A stretch of 37,093 nucleotides of DNA, from NCBI GenBank assembly GCA_003978455.1, contig QNZT01000053.1, positions 1-37,093 on the forward strand. The letters are read 5' to 3'. Position 1 is the first letter of the stretch. The number at the start of each line of letters is the position of its first letter. Position numbers and translations under genes: made by a program. The notes below the pieces were generated by a model. It was not told the DNA's origin. It was given only the letters and a program-made list of their open reading frames with translations, and did not search any database. Shown here one piece after another: positions 33,741 through 37,093 of the stretch. Source of the DNA: Sulfurospirillum sp. (GTDB lineage Bacteria; Campylobacterota; Campylobacteria; Campylobacterales; QNZT01).

Positions 33741-34223
33741 ATGCCTTCCATTCCAAAAGGTATTACCGTTGCATATTTCATACTTCTGGGTATAACACTA
33801 GGTGCCGGTCTTTATGCTGGTATTGTCGTGGCTCCGGTTACATTTCACAGTGAACTCTATCTTGGAAGCGATATACTCAACCGTTTTCAGGAGGGTTTGA
33901 TCATGACGGAAAATTTTGTCAGACTCTCTTATCTGGTTGATTTTACGGTACTTGCCGTCGCACTATATGAGGGATTTAAATATAAAAATTTCGACAGAGA
34001 CACCATAACCTCCGTCAGTGCATTTCTCGTTATCGCTTCGGGACTTTTATATGTACACTACTATATTCCCCAGATTCTTGCGTTCCAAAAGCAGGGAGAA
34101 GCAATCACACAAAGCAAACTTTTTGAAAATACCCATTTTGCCAGCGAACTCGATTTTAAACTTTTCGCAGCTGCTCTTCTAGTACTCCTTGCCAGAAATC
34201 TATATCGCACTCTTAGGAGCTGA
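33741..34223 (+). CDS. Small four-TM membrane protein (DUF4149/TMEM205-like)
   Basis: This is a 160-aa ORF with four hydrophobic helices and a good RBS. The family call comes from overall architecture and the N-terminal pattern [17 protein letters not shown], so confidence in the family is moderate. Confidence 0.65.
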   Translation: MPSIPKGITVAYFILLGITLGAGLYAGIVVAPVTFHSELYLGSDILNRFQEGLIMTENFVRLSYLVDFTVLAVALYEGFKYKNFDRDTITSVSAFLVIASGLLYVHYYIPQILAFQKQGEAITQSKLFENTHFASELDFKLFAAALLVLLARNLYRTLRS

Positions 34224-35186
34224 AACCAGCTCCTCCATAGGGGTAAAATCACTTCGCCTGTACGCATCGATGGCACAACGTCCGATCATCGCAGCATTGT
34301 CCGAGCAGTAGGCAAGCGGAGCCAGATGCAGTGTGGCACCAAATGCACTGCACAAAGCATCGATCTTCTCCCGCAAATAGAGGTTGGCACTTGCCCCGCC
34401 GACAATCGCAAAATCCTTTATAGTCCCGTTTTTAAAAATCTTTTTGAGTTTTTGCAGCAGATGCGCCGTCGCTACTCTCTGAAATGAGGCACAGATATCA
34501 CACTGATCCTGTTTTGTCAGATCACCCAAAGCTTCGATCTGCAACCGTACCTGATTTTTCAACCCGGAATAACTAAAAGCAATCTTCCCGGAGTTGCCTA
34601 AGGGCACCGTAAAATCAAATCGGTTTTCATCACCCGATTTTGCATAAGCTTCGACAATGGGACCACCTGGGTAACCAAGCCCCAGCATCTTCGCTACTTT
34701 ATCAAAGCTCTCCCCGAAGCTGTCATCCATCGTCTGCGCCACGATAGAGAAATCTTTGTATCCCTGTGCATTTATGACCTGTGTGTGTCCACCCGATACC
34801 AGCAATATAGTCATCGGGAAAAGGGTCTCTTTTTCCAAAAACAGCGAATATATATGCCCATGCAGATGGTTTACACCTATAAGCGGGAGGTTCAGCGAGA
34901 TCGATAGTGCTTTTGCCATGGTGACACCCTCTACCAGTGTCACCGCCAGTCCGGGAGCATTGGTAACCGCAACCGCTTTGAGTCCGGGAAAATAGCTCCG
35001 GGTCTGCTCCAGTATCCCCGGTAGCGCCGTCGCATGAAGCCTTGCAGCCAGTTCAGGAACAACTCCGCCATATTTGGCATGGTCACTCTCCTGAGAAATC
35101 TTTTTATGAAAAAGAAGTTTCCCCGTTGCAATCTCGGTAACGGCGACAGAGCTGTCATCACAGCTGCTTTCGATACTCAATATCAT
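34200..35186 (-). CDS. tsaD: tRNA N6-adenosine threonylcarbamoyltransferase TsaD (Kae1/Gcp family)
   Basis: This is a 328-aa protein. Family motifs are [16 protein letters not shown], the metal-binding site [27 protein letters not shown] and CSDNAAMIG. Confidence 0.92.
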   Translation of the reverse strand: MILSIESSCDDSSVAVTEIATGKLLFHKKISQESDHAKYGGVVPELAARLHATALPGILEQTRSYFPGLKAVAVTNAPGLAVTLVEGVTMAKALSISLNLPLIGVNHLHGHIYSLFLEKETLFPMTILLVSGGHTQVINAQGYKDFSIVAQTMDDSFGESFDKVAKMLGLGYPGGPIVEAYAKSGDENRFDFTVPLGNSGKIAFSYSGLKNQVRLQIEALGDLTKQDQCDICASFQRVATAHLLQKLKKIFKNGTIKDFAIVGGASANLYLREKIDALCSAFGATLHLAPLAYCSDNAAMIGRCAIDAYRRSDFTPMEELVSAPKSAI

Positions 35187-35195
35187 GAAATCCCC

Positions 35196-36956
35196 TCAAA
35201 AATAGTAAAACAAGCCGACATCCAGGTGTCTCTCACTATGTTGATCTATTTTATCTTCATGTAACTTTAGATTTAACGCCATATTTTGTGAAATTTTATC
35301 TGTTATAAAGAGTTCAGACCCGGTTTCCGCAATCCCGTCATCAAAAAAATCTTTATGAACCAACGCCCCTATACGCATAAAGCGGCTATCGTAAAAGATA
35401 CCCCCTTCCATACCCACCGCACTGTGAGATCTCTTCCCGGCATAAAGCTTCGGAACAAACAACAGATAGGATGAGAATGCCTTTTTAGCCATACTGATCC
35501 CCGCACCTCCCTCAAGGCTACAATAGATACCCTTACCGTGCACTCTTGAAACACCTATTTGCACTCTCCATGAAACAGGTTGGAAAAAACGATCCCATTT
35601 TGCCAGAGATGTTACAGAGACAAAGTCAAAACGCCGAAACTTTGATTGCACTATCGAAAGTTTGAAAAAATCGATATAAGCGCCCGGGAGATACCCTGTT
35701 GCAATATCATATAGATCATGCATAGCAGGTTTGATTTGCAAAGACCATCTCTTATGATCGGCTACCCAAAAAGAGAACTTCGCACTTTTGTGCCCAGAAA
35801 CAGGATCCGAAGGTTTCGTCACTTTCAAACGCTCCGCTGCGGGCAATCTGCTCCGATATCGCAACAACTTCATCAAAGTTTTTATATAACCTTTTTTATT
35901 TATTTTCTGTTTACTTCTCTCCTGCTTTAGCATCAGCACCGCCAGATCAAGCACCTTGACTTGTTGCTTTTTATTGACTTTATCAAGTAGTTTAAGCTCA
36001 TAAGTTTGCACAAATTTTTTTGTCAGGGGGATATTTTCAATCCCTTTGAGCAACTGTTGCATCTCTCTTCTTTTGGAGGGGCGATAAACAGTTTTGGTAA
36101 TCAGATTTTTTTCATGAAGCAGTCGTATGGTATCTACCGGTATAACTTTATACCGAAAATATTCCGGCAGGTGAGTGTCACCCTTTGCCGCTTCCAGCAA
36201 CCATAAAAGATTGTATGAACAGTTTTTCGTAAAAAAATAGTAGTCACTGGAGATTCCCCCCAGCTCTTCCAGATGGTAAAGCAATCGAAGCGTCTCTTCA
36301 TGAGATAAATCAAGGCTATATTCCCACATATCGCGCTGCTCCATGGCGGAATACTCTTTGATCTTTTTATAGTACGGCAAAACAGAATAGAGCCCTTTGT
36401 ATCCTCCCGTCAATCCTTTGAAAGTATATATCAACCCATTGGTCTCATCGGTCTGTGCTGCAAAATTTACCGCTTCGCTGACCAATGGGGTAGCTAAATC
36501 TCTGTCCAGTCGCAAAAAAGTGTGCCCGAACATCGATGCAGGAGAATTTAAATACGCCGTGGGAAATACAAGTGTAACACCCTGAATATGCTCTTTTTCG
36601 ATACGCCGTTCCACCTCCTCGCACACAAACTTCTTTTTGGTAAAGAGCTCCGGCACATTCTGCTTCAGCCAATAGATCCGTGCAGGATATCGGCATGCGA
36701 TGGTTTCATTTTGATCTTCTATCTGCTGAATCGTCGCTTCGAGTTCACGTTCGGCTGAAAAATGCTCAGTGTCGGTAAGAAAAAAGGAGGCATCGTCAAT
36801 ATCGCTTTTGCCCTCTTTCATATGCAAAAGGACACGCCAGTAATGGCTGTGGGAGAGTTCATGAAGTCTCTGTGTCGTTATGCCCTTGCCCAAAAGAGCC
36901 GGGCATATCAGGAGAGAAGCAAAAAGGGTAAGACACAAGCCCCCTTTTTGCAGCAA
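35196..36956 (-). CDS. Exported DUF4105 (Lnb N-terminal periplasmic domain)-like protein with probable C-terminal beta-barrel
   Basis: This is a 586-aa ORF with a TTG start at 36956-36954. The signal peptide is LQKGGLCLTLFASLLICPALLG. The DUF4105-type motif is SPASMFGHTFLRL. The C-terminus has alternating hydrophobic residues and ends ..DVGLFYYF, an OMP-like terminal Phe. Confidence 0.7.
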   Translation of the reverse strand: MLQKGGLCLTLFASLLICPALLGKGITTQRLHELSHSHYWRVLLHMKEGKSDIDDASFFLTDTEHFSAERELEATIQQIEDQNETIACRYPARIYWLKQNVPELFTKKKFVCEEVERRIEKEHIQGVTLVFPTAYLNSPASMFGHTFLRLDRDLATPLVSEAVNFAAQTDETNGLIYTFKGLTGGYKGLYSVLPYYKKIKEYSAMEQRDMWEYSLDLSHEETLRLLYHLEELGGISSDYYFFTKNCSYNLLWLLEAAKGDTHLPEYFRYKVIPVDTIRLLHEKNLITKTVYRPSKRREMQQLLKGIENIPLTKKFVQTYELKLLDKVNKKQQVKVLDLAVLMLKQERSKQKINKKGYIKTLMKLLRYRSRLPAAERLKVTKPSDPVSGHKSAKFSFWVADHKRWSLQIKPAMHDLYDIATGYLPGAYIDFFKLSIVQSKFRRFDFVSVTSLAKWDRFFQPVSWRVQIGVSRVHGKGIYCSLEGGAGISMAKKAFSSYLLFVPKLYAGKRSHSAVGMEGGIFYDSRFMRIGALVHKDFFDDGIAETGSELFITDKISQNMALNLKLHEDKIDQHSERHLDVGLFYYF

Positions 36957-36959
36957 ATA

Positions 36960-37093
36960 TTATCCTGCGATAGTCACGATAGCGTCAATGACACTGGCAG
37001 ACGTGACGTCTTCACTGGCATATATCTTGTCGAAGCTGGCTTTGAGTTTTGTTTCGAAACTCTTTTTGTCGGAAACCTTCAACATGGAAGCCA
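36960..37093 (-). CDS. 3' end of an unidentified ORF running off the window, or a 41-aa ORF starting at MLKVSD
   Basis: The minus-strand frame is open from the window edge: ..ASMLKVSDKKSFETKLKASFDKIYASEDVTSASVIDAIVTIAG, with the stop (TAA) at 36962-36960. That is 3 nt before the next gene's TTG. I recognised no family. Confidence 0.35.
   Translation of the reverse strand, partial: ASMLKVSDKKSFETKLKASFDKIYASEDVTSASVIDAIVTIAG

Noticed and set aside
34200-34223. 24-nt overlap of the convergent 3' ends of the DUF4149-like gene and tsaD
   Set aside because: This is ordinary compact-genome geometry. No structure or motif in the overlap suggests antisense regulation.
36256-36261. Homopolymeric C6/G6 tract in the DUF4105-like gene, and a C5 at 36940-36944, as phase-variation switches
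   Set aside because: The tracts are shorter than those that typically slip in Campylobacterota (about 8 or more). The reading frames are intact.

Overview
This chromosomal window looks like a sulfur-oxidising Campylobacterota (epsilonproteobacterial) genome. That call rests on gene content and style only, since no search was possible. Genes are densely packed, and many junctions are ATGA/TAAnATG-type overlaps, which suggests long operons.

Left to right:
1. A 274-bp element bounded by perfect 29-bp inverted repeats, then a NIT-domain chemoreceptor (+).
2. A tightly coupled minus-strand operon: phasin-like protein, UbiB-family kinase, MFS transporter, SagB-type dehydrogenase.
3. An imperfect 67-bp direct-repeat pair in the next intergenic region.
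4. A roughly 13-kb minus-strand chemosensory operon: Aer-type PAS protein, TM-less MCP, CheV, MCP, CheA with two Hpt domains, CheW, CheY, REC-GGDEF(degenerate)-EAL, NIT-MCP-CZB receptor, then a GGDEF cyclase.
5. Plus-strand moaD-moaE-moeA, a membrane protein, an FMN glutamate-synthase-like protein, and a Tat-exported FccB/SoxF-like flavoprotein.
6. Minus-strand soxC-soxD-soxY-soxZ, followed after two hairpins by an accessory block: MBL hydrolase, thioredoxin, MOSC, MBL hydrolase, DUF302.
7. A DUF4149-like membrane protein, tsaD, a DUF4105-like exported protein, and a partial ORF.

I saw no rRNA, tRNA, CRISPR array, transposase, phage gene or recognisable defence gene.

The best candidates for undescribed biology are:
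- the chemosensory operon wired to c-di-GMP enzymes, including a CheA whose P2 region is replaced by three FELFD motifs;
- the sox-linked MBL/Trx/MOSC/MBL/DUF302 module;
- the interleaved RNA structure between soxD and soxY;
- the UbiB/MFS/SagB operon.

All family calls come from motif recognition by eye and need HMM or BLAST confirmation.
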